Assembly (NCBI GenBank): GCA_965205505.1
Contig: CBDBHB010000007.1
Location: 608,001 to 672,000 of the forward strand
DNA length: 64,000 nt
Direction: 5' to 3'
From: Acidobacteriota bacterium
GTDB taxonomy: Bacteria; Acidobacteriota; UBA890; WLXD01
A model generated the notes under the pieces. The model was not told the origin of the DNA. It did no database searches and saw only the letters and a list, made by a program, of their open reading frames with translations. Of the stretch, positions 31,163 through 39,102 are shown one piece after another. How positions within the stretch are numbered: position 1 is the first letter of the stretch; each line of letters opens with the position of its first letter. The translations under genes and the position numbers were made by a program.

Positions 31163-31270
31163 ATGCCCAAGATCCCCGGCATCAATCACAAGCGCGCGAT
31201 CCGGGCACTGCAGAAGGCCGGCTTCCGCGTCGCACGCGACAGCAAGCACATCATCATGACCCCGGGTTGA
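31163..31270 (+). pseudogene. hicA: HicA-family toxin, truncated
   Basis: MPKIPGINHKRAIRALQKAGFRVARDSKHIIMTPG*; stops just after the conserved His. Confidence 0.8.
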
Positions 31271-31315
31271 AGATCCAGCGGCTACGGATCGATGTAAGCG
31301 CGGATGGGGATGACG

Positions 31316-32476
31316 CTACGGCGACGTCGCCACGGACCCTATGAGGTCGAGGAGCCACGCGAGATTGCAGGAGGCCCGGTGTTCGTCACCGGCCGGCCTC
31401 CGCGTCTGCGAAACGAGGAATCGACGGGTAGCCCCGACAAGGTCCGCAGTCGCGTCCAGCTTCGCCAGATCGCCCCGGGCTGGCGAGCTCGTCAACTTCA
31501 CCTCAATAGCCCAGCGCTCCCCGGCCAGTTCGAGGATCAGATCCAGCTCCCGCTGGTCACTCGTACGGAAGTAGAACGCCTCGTGCAGTATTCCACGTGC
31601 CTGCAGATGGCCGATGGCCTGCTCGATGACGAAGCCCTCCCAGCTCGCTCCCACCGACGGCTGCACCAGCAACGACTGGCGATCCGTCACGCCGTAGAGG
31701 AAGTGCAGCAGACCGCTGTCGCGCCAATACACCTTCGGGCTCTTGACCAGCCGTTTCTTGATGTTGGCGTGGAATGGTGCCAGATAGCGAATCAGGAACG
31801 CGCCGACGAAGTAGTCCAGGTAGCTGTTTACGGTGTGATAGGAGAGCCCCAGACTCTTTCCTAGCTGCGAAGCGTTCCATACCTGCCCATGCTGGGCAGC
31901 GAGCATGCGGATCAGACGATTTGTCGTTTGCGGCCGGGCCGGGAGTCCCCAGTTGGGTAGGTCGCGCTGTACCAGCAAGTCGAGGTAGTCGCGTTGCCAT
32001 CGCGGGAAGCACCGCGGGCGCAGGACACCACCGTCAGGGAATCCTCCGGTGAGCCATAGCCGGGCCCGCGAAGCCTTCGTCCCCAACTCATCGAGCAGCA
32101 GCGGCGCCAGTTCGACAAGGGCCAACCTTCCAGCGAGCGACTCCGACACCTGTGTCATCAGCGCCGGGGACACGGACCCCAGCAACAGGAATCGGCCATT
32201 GCGTTTCCGGTCGGCATCGATTGCGCCGCGCAGTCGGGCGAACACGTCCGGCATTGCTTGCGCCTCGTCGAGGATGACCAACTCGCGGCTCGCCGTGACG
32301 CGTTCCCACTCAATATCGAGCCGCAGCCGGTCCTGCTCTTGCTCGAGATCGAAGTAGATTCCACGTAGCGATCGCGCTAGCGTCGTCTTGCCGCTCTGCC
32401 GCGGCCCGACCAGAGCAACCGCGGGGCTCGCGGACAAGAGACGCTGGAGGTCCGATCGAATCAGGCGGCGCAGCAT
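31316..32476 (-). CDS. AAA_14 ATPase with DUF4143 / C-terminal nuclease-like domain
   Basis: GPRQSGKTT, ILDEAQ, LLGS, SESLAGR, TGGFP, KSPKVYWRDSG, ELDLIL...AIEVK. Confidence 0.92.
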   Translation of the reverse strand: MLRRLIRSDLQRLLSASPAVALVGPRQSGKTTLARSLRGIYFDLEQEQDRLRLDIEWERVTASRELVILDEAQAMPDVFARLRGAIDADRKRNGRFLLLGSVSPALMTQVSESLAGRLALVELAPLLLDELGTKASRARLWLTGGFPDGGVLRPRCFPRWQRDYLDLLVQRDLPNWGLPARPQTTNRLIRMLAAQHGQVWNASQLGKSLGLSYHTVNSYLDYFVGAFLIRYLAPFHANIKKRLVKSPKVYWRDSGLLHFLYGVTDRQSLLVQPSVGASWEGFVIEQAIGHLQARGILHEAFYFRTSDQRELDLILELAGERWAIEVKLTSSPARGDLAKLDATADLVGATRRFLVSQTRRPAGDEHRASCNLAWLLDLIGSVATSP

Positions 32477-32478
32477 TC

Positions 32479-32510
32479 TTGCATTATAGAAACGAATTTC
32501 TAATATGCAA
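32479..32510 (-). promoter_or_regulatory. Sigma70 promoter TTGCAT-N16-TATAAT embedded in a 32-bp palindrome; leaderless start
   Basis: -35 at 32510-32505, -10 at 32488-32483, ATG 6 nt downstream; arms TTGCATTATAGAAA / TTTCTAATATGCAA. Confidence 0.75.
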
Positions 32511-32537
32511 GGATTGCCTCTTCGCAGCCAGCGAGCA

Positions 32538-32571
32538 CCAGACCCTCCACACTTTCACCACGGCCTGCTAG
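32538..32571 (+). repeat. Dispersed CTAG-terminated motif, copy C
   Basis: CCAGACCCTCCACACTTTCACCACGGCCTGCTAG. Confidence 0.9.
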
Positions 32572-32687
32572 CAGCACCGTCATCGCCACTCTGATCGCCA
32601 GCAATCCCGCTCGGATGAGATGCTAGCCTGGCAGTAACTCGATCAGCTCGAACGGCGGCCGAGAGGCGGCGACCGGAGGCAGCGAGC

Positions 32688-34226
32688 ATGACGCCACAGA
32701 CCGAGACACCGCCGACACCGGTCGTCGTGTATCTCTCCGGTAGCAGGCGGGGTACGACGCAGAGGCTATCGGGCGACTGCCTGCGCCTCGGAGCCACATC
32801 CGGCAGCGAGATCCGGCTGTCGGAGGAAGAGCTCGGTCAGGGTCCCTCGCACCTTGCGACGTTGTCGAGAAGAGGCAATACGTACGAGCTCGAAGTGCAG
32901 ACGGGGGCGCAGGTTTTCGTCAACGGTGAACCCGTGGAGCACATCGTCCTGGCGTCGGGCGATGTGCTGGAGGCAGGTGAGGGAGGCCCCATCCTCCGGT
33001 TCCGCCTCTATCCCGCCGGCTCCACTGCCTACAAATCGTTGATGGAGGCCTTCTCAGACTGCATCGACTGCGCCCGCCACGGGGGCCGCGGGTTCCCCGG
33101 TCGCCTGGGCATACTGCTTGCGGGCATGCCCCGAGAACTAGCCACTCAGGTGAGGCCCCTGGCGCGGGCCGGAATGTTGCTGCTGGTGGCGGCGCTTACC
33201 GCCGGAGTCGGTAGCCTCTGGTTGCGTACCGAGCGGCTCGAGGAGCGCCTGTCCAGGGAGGCCGGGCGCATCCAGGGGATCTCGGAGCTGCTTGACGCCG
33301 CGGACGCGGCCTCGTTCACCGAGGACGACTTCCTCCAGGCTCGGCAAGCGCTCGATCGGCAGCTCGAACAAACGAGCTCTCGGATCGCGGTGCTGGAGGA
33401 ACGCGCTGGCGCCCGTGAGCGGGTCATCGCGTCGGCAACACCGTCGGTAGTGCTGGTGCTGGGTGCCTACGGGTTCGAGGACCCGGCGTCGGGCCGGCCA
33501 CTACGACATATGCCGACTGGAACCGGCCCAACTGGTGCCGTGACGCTCGACGGAACCGGACTCGCGGTTGAGATTCTCTACACCGGAATGGCCTTCGTCG
33601 TGGCGACCGACGCAGACGACGGTACGCTGCTCACCAACCGGCACGTGGCGATGCCGTGGGCGTACGACGACAATGCCGGGCGACTCGTCCAGCAGGGCCT
33701 CGTGCCGGTGATGCGCCGTTTCATCGGTTACCTGCCGGGATTCGAGACGCCCTTCGAGGTGGAGCTGGTGCGAGCCAGCGATTCGGCCGACATAGCGGTG
33801 CTGCGGTGCGGCGCCGCCGCGGCCGAGGTGCCCGCCCTCGAGCTGAGCTCCGAGCCGGTAAGCGCCGGTGACGAGGTCATCGTGATGGGGTACCCGACCG
33901 GCATGAAGGCGTTGATGGCGCGCGCCGACGAGAGTTTCGTTGGCCGCCTATTAGACAACGGTCGCGTGAGCTTCTGGGACGTTGCCCAAGGGCTCGGGGC
34001 CGGCGGCTTCATCGCGCCGCTGGCGACCCAAGGGATCGTCGGACAGACGACCCCCGGCAAGGTCATCTACGACGCTGCAACCACCCACGGTGGAAGCGGT
34101 GGCCCGGTGCTGGGGCTTGACGGTCGGGTCGTGGCAATCAACGCCGCGATCGTGCCTGAGTTCGTTGGCTCCAACCTCGGCGTTTCCGCGCAAGAGGCCC
34201 GAATGCTCTTGGGCCAGAACCGGTAG
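32688..34226 (+). CDS. FHA-like domain + TM/coiled-coil + trypsin-like serine protease
   Basis: VFVNGE....VLASGDVLE.G.GGP (FHA-like); catalytic triad motifs LTNRHVA, DIAVL, HGGSGGPV. Confidence 0.85.
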   Translation: MTPQTETPPTPVVVYLSGSRRGTTQRLSGDCLRLGATSGSEIRLSEEELGQGPSHLATLSRRGNTYELEVQTGAQVFVNGEPVEHIVLASGDVLEAGEGGPILRFRLYPAGSTAYKSLMEAFSDCIDCARHGGRGFPGRLGILLAGMPRELATQVRPLARAGMLLLVAALTAGVGSLWLRTERLEERLSREAGRIQGISELLDAADAASFTEDDFLQARQALDRQLEQTSSRIAVLEERAGARERVIASATPSVVLVLGAYGFEDPASGRPLRHMPTGTGPTGAVTLDGTGLAVEILYTGMAFVVATDADDGTLLTNRHVAMPWAYDDNAGRLVQQGLVPVMRRFIGYLPGFETPFEVELVRASDSADIAVLRCGAAAAEVPALELSSEPVSAGDEVIVMGYPTGMKALMARADESFVGRLLDNGRVSFWDVAQGLGAGGFIAPLATQGIVGQTTPGKVIYDAATTHGGSGGPVLGLDGRVVAINAAIVPEFVGSNLGVSAQEARMLLGQNR

Positions 34227-34268
34227 ATTCGCCTCACGCTCGACGACTGAGGGCACCGAAGGCCGACT

Positions 34269-34300
34269 CTAGCAGGCCGTGGTGAAAGTGTGGTGGGTCC
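34269..34300 (-). repeat. Dispersed CTAG-terminated motif, copy D (inverted)
   Basis: Plus strand CTAGCAGGCCGTGGTGAAAGTGTGGTGGGTCC. Confidence 0.9.
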
Positions 34301-34308
34301 ACGTTCTG

Positions 34309-34596
34309 CTACGGGCGGGGCAGCCTGCCGAGATCGTCAGAACCGCTGTCGGGCGAGCTCAGACGCGCGAGAATGTCGTTTCCCAAGCGCTCGATGTCGG
34401 CGGCTTGCGGCTGCGTTTCGTGTGCCAGCTGCCGTACCGAGGTGCCGATTTCGCGCAGCTGGCGCGCGTAGCCGCGACAGTCGCCGCACAAACGCAGGTG
34501 GAATCGGATTTGGAAGCGCTCCCACCGGCCAGCCTCGGCGTACTCGTCGCTGGCGATCTTACGGCAGGCCTCCTCGCAGCTGAGCATCATCTTCAT
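34309..34596 (-). CDS. zf-HC2 anti-sigma factor
   Basis: MLSCEE...FHLRLCGDCRGY (HxxxCxxC); lies downstream of an ECF sigma. Confidence 0.85.
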   Translation of the reverse strand: MKMMLSCEEACRKIASDEYAEAGRWERFQIRFHLRLCGDCRGYARQLREIGTSVRQLAHETQPQAADIERLGNDILARLSSPDSGSDDLGRLPRP

Positions 34597-34599
34597 GTC

Positions 34600-35208
34600 C
34601 TAGCCCGTCACACCCTGGCTCTCGAGACATTCTCGCAGGCGGTTGCGCGCCCGATACAGCAACACACCCAGGTTAGTGCGTGAGACTTCGAGGATCTTAC
34701 AGATCTCGGCGGTTTCGAGCTCTTCGACCTCGCGCAGGAGGAAGGCCATCTTCTGGGCGCCGGGCACGCCCTCGAGACACTCGCCGATCTTCTGCCGAAT
34801 CTCGGCATCGTGGACGCGCAGATCGATCGGGCGCGGTGCCTTCAGCCACTGACCGTCGGGCACGAAGCGGCCCTCCATCACTTCATCGATCGCATCCGCT
34901 CGCCGATCGCGGCCCAGACCTCGACGCGCCTCGGAGATCTTCCGATAAAGGATGCCGAAGAGAAACGTGAGCACGTGCGATCTGCCTTCGAAGCGAGGCA
35001 CGACCTCCAGAAAGGTGACAAAGGTGGCTTAGGCAACGTCATCTGCCTGCGAGGGGCTGAAGCCTGCGGCGCGGGCCGTTCGAACGATCTGCGGCAAGTA
35101 GGTCGTCACTACGGCCCGTGTCGCCCCCTCATCGCCGGCGCGCAGGCGTTCCACGAACGCGGCGTCCCCGAAGGAGTCGGAGCGATGCTTACGGACTGCT
35201 GACTTCAC
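34600..35208 (-). pseudogene. ECF sigma factor with in-frame TAA at 35029-35031 (start approximate)
   Basis: ADDVA*ATFVTFLEVVPRFEGRS...TFLFGIL; region 4 FLLREVEELETAEICKILEVS..NLGVLLYRAR. Confidence 0.85.
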
Positions 35209-35347
35209 CGAGGGATTCAACTCGCCGCTGTAAGAACTCGGCGCCCGAGCGCACTCACTAAGCGAGGCTGGCACTCAGAGCCGGCCAGGAGGCGATCGAA
35301 GGAATGACGTCGCTTCCAAGCTCACGGAATCAGAGGAGGATATCTCA

Positions 35348-35788
35348 GTGAATAGCTCGAGTCTCAAGAACGGAATCCTCGGCGGCCTGGCCGGCGGTGT
35401 TGTCTTCGGGGTCATTATGGCGATGATGGGCATGCTTCCGATGATCGGTGCCATGGCCGGCTACGCTTCGGCGGTGTACGGGATGTTCGTACATCTGGTC
35501 ATCAGCGCCGTGATCGGCGCCACGTTCGCGGTCCTGCTCGGCAACCGGATCGACAGCACCGGGCGGGGGGTCGGATACGGCCTTGCCTTTGGCGCCACCT
35601 GGTGGGTGCTCGGTCCGCTTACCTTGATGCCCCTGTTCATGGGCATGGGGTTGGGCGTGAACTGGAACTTCCAGGCCGCTACCCAGATGCTCCCCAGCCT
35701 GATGGGCCATCTGGTGTTCGGTGCCTTGCTCGGCTGGGTGTACAGCCGGTTGCAGGGCAGCGCTAGCGTGTTGGCGCACTCACACTGA
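35348..35788 (+). CDS. Four-TM Met/His-containing membrane protein
   Basis: GTG after GAGGAGG; hydrophobic; conserved-looking VHLVISA and MGHLVFG; divergent from the ECF sigma. Confidence 0.8.
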   Translation: MNSSSLKNGILGGLAGGVVFGVIMAMMGMLPMIGAMAGYASAVYGMFVHLVISAVIGATFAVLLGNRIDSTGRGVGYGLAFGATWWVLGPLTLMPLFMGMGLGVNWNFQAATQMLPSLMGHLVFGALLGWVYSRLQGSASVLAHSH

Positions 35789-35799
35789 CAAGCCCCGGA

Positions 35800-35830
35800 G
35801 GCTCGGCGTCTTCCTCCGGAACGCCGAGCC
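35800..35830. terminator. GC-rich hairpin between convergent genes
   Basis: 10-bp stem GGCTCGGCGT / ACGCCGAGCC; no U-tract. Confidence 0.4.
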
Positions 35831-35879
35831 CGACCGGGCCCCACGGCGCCCTCGGGTCATAGGACTCGAGGGCGTCTGT

Positions 35880-36134
35880 TCATGCCGACGGGTCTGGTCG
35901 GCTCCCCACCTGCGGCTCACGGGAGCACGACGGCGCGCGCAGCGTGAACGGTTCGCCGCGAAAAACCGGGCGGGCCCGGAGCTCTGCCGGGGTCGGACCC
36001 GCAATCTGCCGCACCGCGTCGGCGATCTCCCCACCGGACATCGCCGAAGCCTGGCGCGCCTGGCGCAGCGCGTCGACGTCTTCTGGCTGCGTCGGAAGAT
36101 CCGCCGCAAGGTCCTGCAGGTCAAAGGCTGTCAC
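35880..36134 (-). CDS. Small partner protein of the nucleotidyltransferase
   Basis: DLPTQPEDVDALRQAR...EPFTL; overlaps the upstream gene end. Confidence 0.55.
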   Translation of the reverse strand: MTAFDLQDLAADLPTQPEDVDALRQARQASAMSGGEIADAVRQIAGPTPAELRARPVFRGEPFTLRAPSCSREPQVGSRPDPSA

Positions 36135-36651
36135 GGATCTGCTCCCACGCGTCGACTAGGTCATACCGCTCGAAGTAGCTTCGCACGGCTCCCGGACCCA
36201 GCGCCGCGGACCGCAGCAGCGCGGCGATATCGGCCATTTCCTGCAAGCGCCGGCTAGGATCGTTCTTCGCCGCCAGTACCTTCATGGCCACGAGATGCTC
36301 CGGACGCGGCACCTTCGCGAACACCTCGGGCAACACCTCCGACACCGTAGCCGCATCGAAGAGATCATCGGCGGTCGTGCCGTCCACATACACGACGTCG
36401 AGCCGTCCGAACGCCGCTTCCGAATGCGCGTGGTTCGAGTAACCCTCGGAGCGGTGCAACGTTTCGTAGCCCAGCGACTCGAGATACTCGATGAGAGCAG
36501 GCTGAGCTCGACGTTCCGTAATGATGTCGACGTCGTGCGTGAGGCGGCCGGCACCATGAACGGCCAAGGCCAGTCCGCCGATCACTGCCCAGTCGGCCTG
36601 CTCGGCGTCCAGATGGCGCGCAACGACCTGTAGGACTTTGGCGAATTCCAC
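36121..36651 (-). CDS. Nucleotidyltransferase-fold protein (DUF6036/AbiEii-like)
   Basis: WAVIGGLALAVHG..RLTHDVDI, RLDVVYV, PEHLVAMKV. Confidence 0.8.
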   Translation of the reverse strand: MEFAKVLQVVARHLDAEQADWAVIGGLALAVHGAGRLTHDVDIITERRAQPALIEYLESLGYETLHRSEGYSNHAHSEAAFGRLDVVYVDGTTADDLFDAATVSEVLPEVFAKVPRPEHLVAMKVLAAKNDPSRRLQEMADIAALLRSAALGPGAVRSYFERYDLVDAWEQIRDSL

Positions 36652-36750
36652 CAGCCACCTCAACTGCGGCCCACCTGGCCGCGCTGTTGCCTGGCATTTC
36701 GGACCTCCTGCCAGACGAACCTCGGAACTGCCGTGTCATGCTATCTCAGC

Positions 36751-37212
36751 TCAGATCGTCTGGTTGAGGCGAGGTTTCCAGAAGGGGCGGAACAGCTCGA
36801 TCTTCGGACAGCGGTTCATGACGACCTTCAGGCCGGCCGCTTCCGCCAGCGCTGCTGCTTCGTCATTGCGCACGCCGATCTGCATCCAGACCACCTTGGC
36901 ACCGATCTCGATGGCTTCCTCGGTAACACCGTAGGCCGCTTCCGAGGTGCGGAACACTTGCACCATGTCGACGGGTCGATCGATCGACGCCAGTGACTCG
37001 TAAACGGGCAATCCACGGATCTCGTTGCCGGCTTCCTTGGGGTTGACGGGGATCATGTCGTAGCCGGTCTCGTGCAGAACGCGCAGCACCCCGTAGCTGA
37101 ACTTCGCCGGGTCGGAGCTGGCTCCGACCATCGCGATGGTCTTCACGTCCTCGAGAATCCCGGCCAGGTATTCCGGCGGATAGTCCTCCTCGTGGTCCAA
37201 GGCATGGCTCAT
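36751..37212 (-). CDS. CoA-binding protein (YccU-like)
   Basis: TIAMVGAS, IPVNP, VDMVQVFR, KVVWMQIGV, VVMNRCPKIE. Confidence 0.93.
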   Translation of the reverse strand: MSHALDHEEDYPPEYLAGILEDVKTIAMVGASSDPAKFSYGVLRVLHETGYDMIPVNPKEAGNEIRGLPVYESLASIDRPVDMVQVFRTSEAAYGVTEEAIEIGAKVVWMQIGVRNDEAAALAEAAGLKVVMNRCPKIELFRPFWKPRLNQTI

Positions 37213-37667
37213 GGTGCGTCCTGCAGGGAACCCGGTTCGCCAAGAAGGGAGGGCTTCAGCTCATTCGGCCTGAGCGGACTCTGGAACGGGTTGCGATAGA
37301 GCTTGTCGTGGCTCTCGACGCCGACGTCGAGCGTGCAATCGGTTTCGGGCCGAGCCACGCACAGCAGCACATAGCCGTCCGCCAGCTGGCGGCCGTTGAG
37401 GGCGCGACCCTCACTCTGGTCGACCTGGCCTACCAGCAGCTTTGCCGAACAGGAGATGCAGCCCCCGTAGCGGCAGCCATACGGCAGGGAAACGCCGTGC
37501 TGCTCGAGCGATTCGAGAAGCGGCGCCTCCGCGTCGACCACGAACGCACTGCCCCCTCGATTGGCGAGCGTGATGGTGAAGCGCCCTGCGCGGGTCGGCG
37601 CTGGGCGGGTCGGCGCACGGCGGTTCGGCGCTGGGCCGTGCGGGGTGTTGTCCTGCGAGTTGGTCAT
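37209..37667 (-). CDS. 2Fe-2S plant-type ferredoxin
   Basis: LPYGCRYGGCISC...VLLCVA. Confidence 0.9.
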   Translation of the reverse strand: MTNSQDNTPHGPAPNRRAPTRPAPTRAGRFTITLANRGGSAFVVDAEAPLLESLEQHGVSLPYGCRYGGCISCSAKLLVGQVDQSEGRALNGRQLADGYVLLCVARPETDCTLDVGVESHDKLYRNPFQSPLRPNELKPSLLGEPGSLQDAP

Positions 37668-37674
37668 GGCGACA

Positions 37675-39039
37675 CTACAGCCAGATATCCGAAGTGCAGT
37701 CACCGCCCGGATAGCGCGTCTCGTGGCAGCGCGCCGGGCCGTGCGGCTCCTTGCCGAAATCGACAAAGAAGTCGGGGTTGATCGACATGCCGCCGTTCTT
37801 GGCGTCGCAATCGACCATCAGCATGCAGCCGCCGGTCTCGCGAATCTCCGGGTAGAACTGGTTGTCCCAGGTCGAGAAGAGCGAGGTGGTCACATAGAGC
37901 CGCTTGCCGTCGAGCGACAGCTGGATCATCTGCGGGCCGCCGGTGATCTTGTGGCCGTTCACCTCCGGCGCCCTGCCAAGCAGGCCGCCCATCCAGACCT
38001 GGCCGGTCAGCTTCGGATCAGACGGATCGGAGATGTCGTACTGGCGCAGGTCTCCATGCAGCCAGTTGGAGAGATAGAGGAACCGGTCATCCATCGAGAT
38101 CAGGATCACACTGATCAGGCCTGGCACCGGGATGGGCCACTCCGAATGGCGCTCGTTCTCGACGTCGATGACCTTCTCGACGATCCACTCGTCGTCCTTC
38201 TTGAACCAGTGGATCACGTTGGAGGAGAGCGCCGCGCCGACGAAGCCGTGGCTCGAGCTCGGGTTGTGATGGAAGCGCACCTCCAGCGGCACCAGACCGT
38301 CCTCGCCCAGATAGACCGTGTTCTCGACTGTCCTGTTCTCGAAATCCCAGAAGTGGATCTCGCGGCCGTACTTGAGCAGCCCGACCTCTTCCAGATCGAA
38401 GCCCGGCATGAAGGTGTTGGGCGCGGCCCATTCGCTCGAGACCATGACGTTGTGGCGCGGCTGGTACCAGAAGTCGTAGTTGAACTTCATGCCGCCCAGA
38501 TCGTTCTCCCATCGCCCGACGATCTCGAAGTCTTCGTTCAGATGCAGGAATCCGCCAGGCGCCTCGCCCTTCGCATCGCCAAGCATCGAGATGATGATGT
38601 CCGAGCCGAGGCAATGAACCGTGTGCGGCGCCGACAGATTGGTCTTCGCTTTGATCTCGGCACCCTCGATCACCTTGTGCAGGCGCGGGCTCCTGGGATC
38701 GGCCGCACAGTCGACAATGTGCAGGTTGGAGCTGCGCACTCCCGGCACGATCAGATAGCGTCGTTCCTTGCTCGCATCGTGGTGACAAGACGAACAGGCG
38801 TTCCAGCCCATGTGATGCAACTCGTCGCCGATGCCGGGCATCTCGAGCCGACTGACAACCTGGCTGTAGGTCGGGCTCTCCGGGTCGGCGTCGATGGTGG
38901 CCAGATAGTCCGGTTTCTGGATGCCCGTGCCGATGTAGAGCGCGACGGTGTAGAGGAGCCGCTCGCGCGGCGCCTTCATCGCCTCCGCAGGCGACGCATA
39001 GCCTGGGCCGCAGCAGGTCTCGTCCGTCTCGGTGGTCAT
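37675..39039 (-). CDS. Selenium-binding protein SBP56 / methanethiol oxidase family
   Basis: GPGYASP, DELHHMGWNACSSC, PHTVHC, YDFWYQPRHNVMVSSEW, GGPQMIQLSLDGKRLYVT, GGDCTSDIW. Confidence 0.95.
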   Translation of the reverse strand: MTTETDETCCGPGYASPAEAMKAPRERLLYTVALYIGTGIQKPDYLATIDADPESPTYSQVVSRLEMPGIGDELHHMGWNACSSCHHDASKERRYLIVPGVRSSNLHIVDCAADPRSPRLHKVIEGAEIKAKTNLSAPHTVHCLGSDIIISMLGDAKGEAPGGFLHLNEDFEIVGRWENDLGGMKFNYDFWYQPRHNVMVSSEWAAPNTFMPGFDLEEVGLLKYGREIHFWDFENRTVENTVYLGEDGLVPLEVRFHHNPSSSHGFVGAALSSNVIHWFKKDDEWIVEKVIDVENERHSEWPIPVPGLISVILISMDDRFLYLSNWLHGDLRQYDISDPSDPKLTGQVWMGGLLGRAPEVNGHKITGGPQMIQLSLDGKRLYVTTSLFSTWDNQFYPEIRETGGCMLMVDCDAKNGGMSINPDFFVDFGKEPHGPARCHETRYPGGDCTSDIWL

Positions 39040-39060
39040 GCTTTCCTCGGCTACGCACTT

Positions 39061-39102
39061 CCCTGTCGCCAGGCCCGCCACACTTTCGCCACGGCCTGTT
39101 AG
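39061..39102 (+). repeat. Dispersed motif, copy E
   Basis: CCCTGTCGCCAGGCCCGCCACACTTTCGCCACGGCCTGTTAG; 38/42 identical to copy B; includes the stop of the M24-like gene. Confidence 0.9.

Noticed and set aside
28233-32476. Integron cassette array
   Set aside because: I could not find convincing attC sites (paired RYYYAAC/GTTRRRY) or an IntI gene, and the genes lie on both strands. IntegronFinder would be decisive.
2118-35031. Stop-codon reassignment or pyrrolysine/selenocysteine readthrough
   Set aside because: The interrupting stops are of two kinds (TAG, TAG, TAA) and replace different expected residues. TAG ends many normal genes here, and no pyl/sel genes are visible.
24675-39102. CRISPR array made of the 25-42 bp motif
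   Set aside because: Copies are kilobases apart and in both orientations, and there are no cas genes.
37561-39102. Long antisense ORFs (e.g. 37561-39102, 21202-22671, 9104-10411, 7698-8882)
   Set aside because: Shadow frames of real high-GC genes on the opposite strand, with no motifs of their own.
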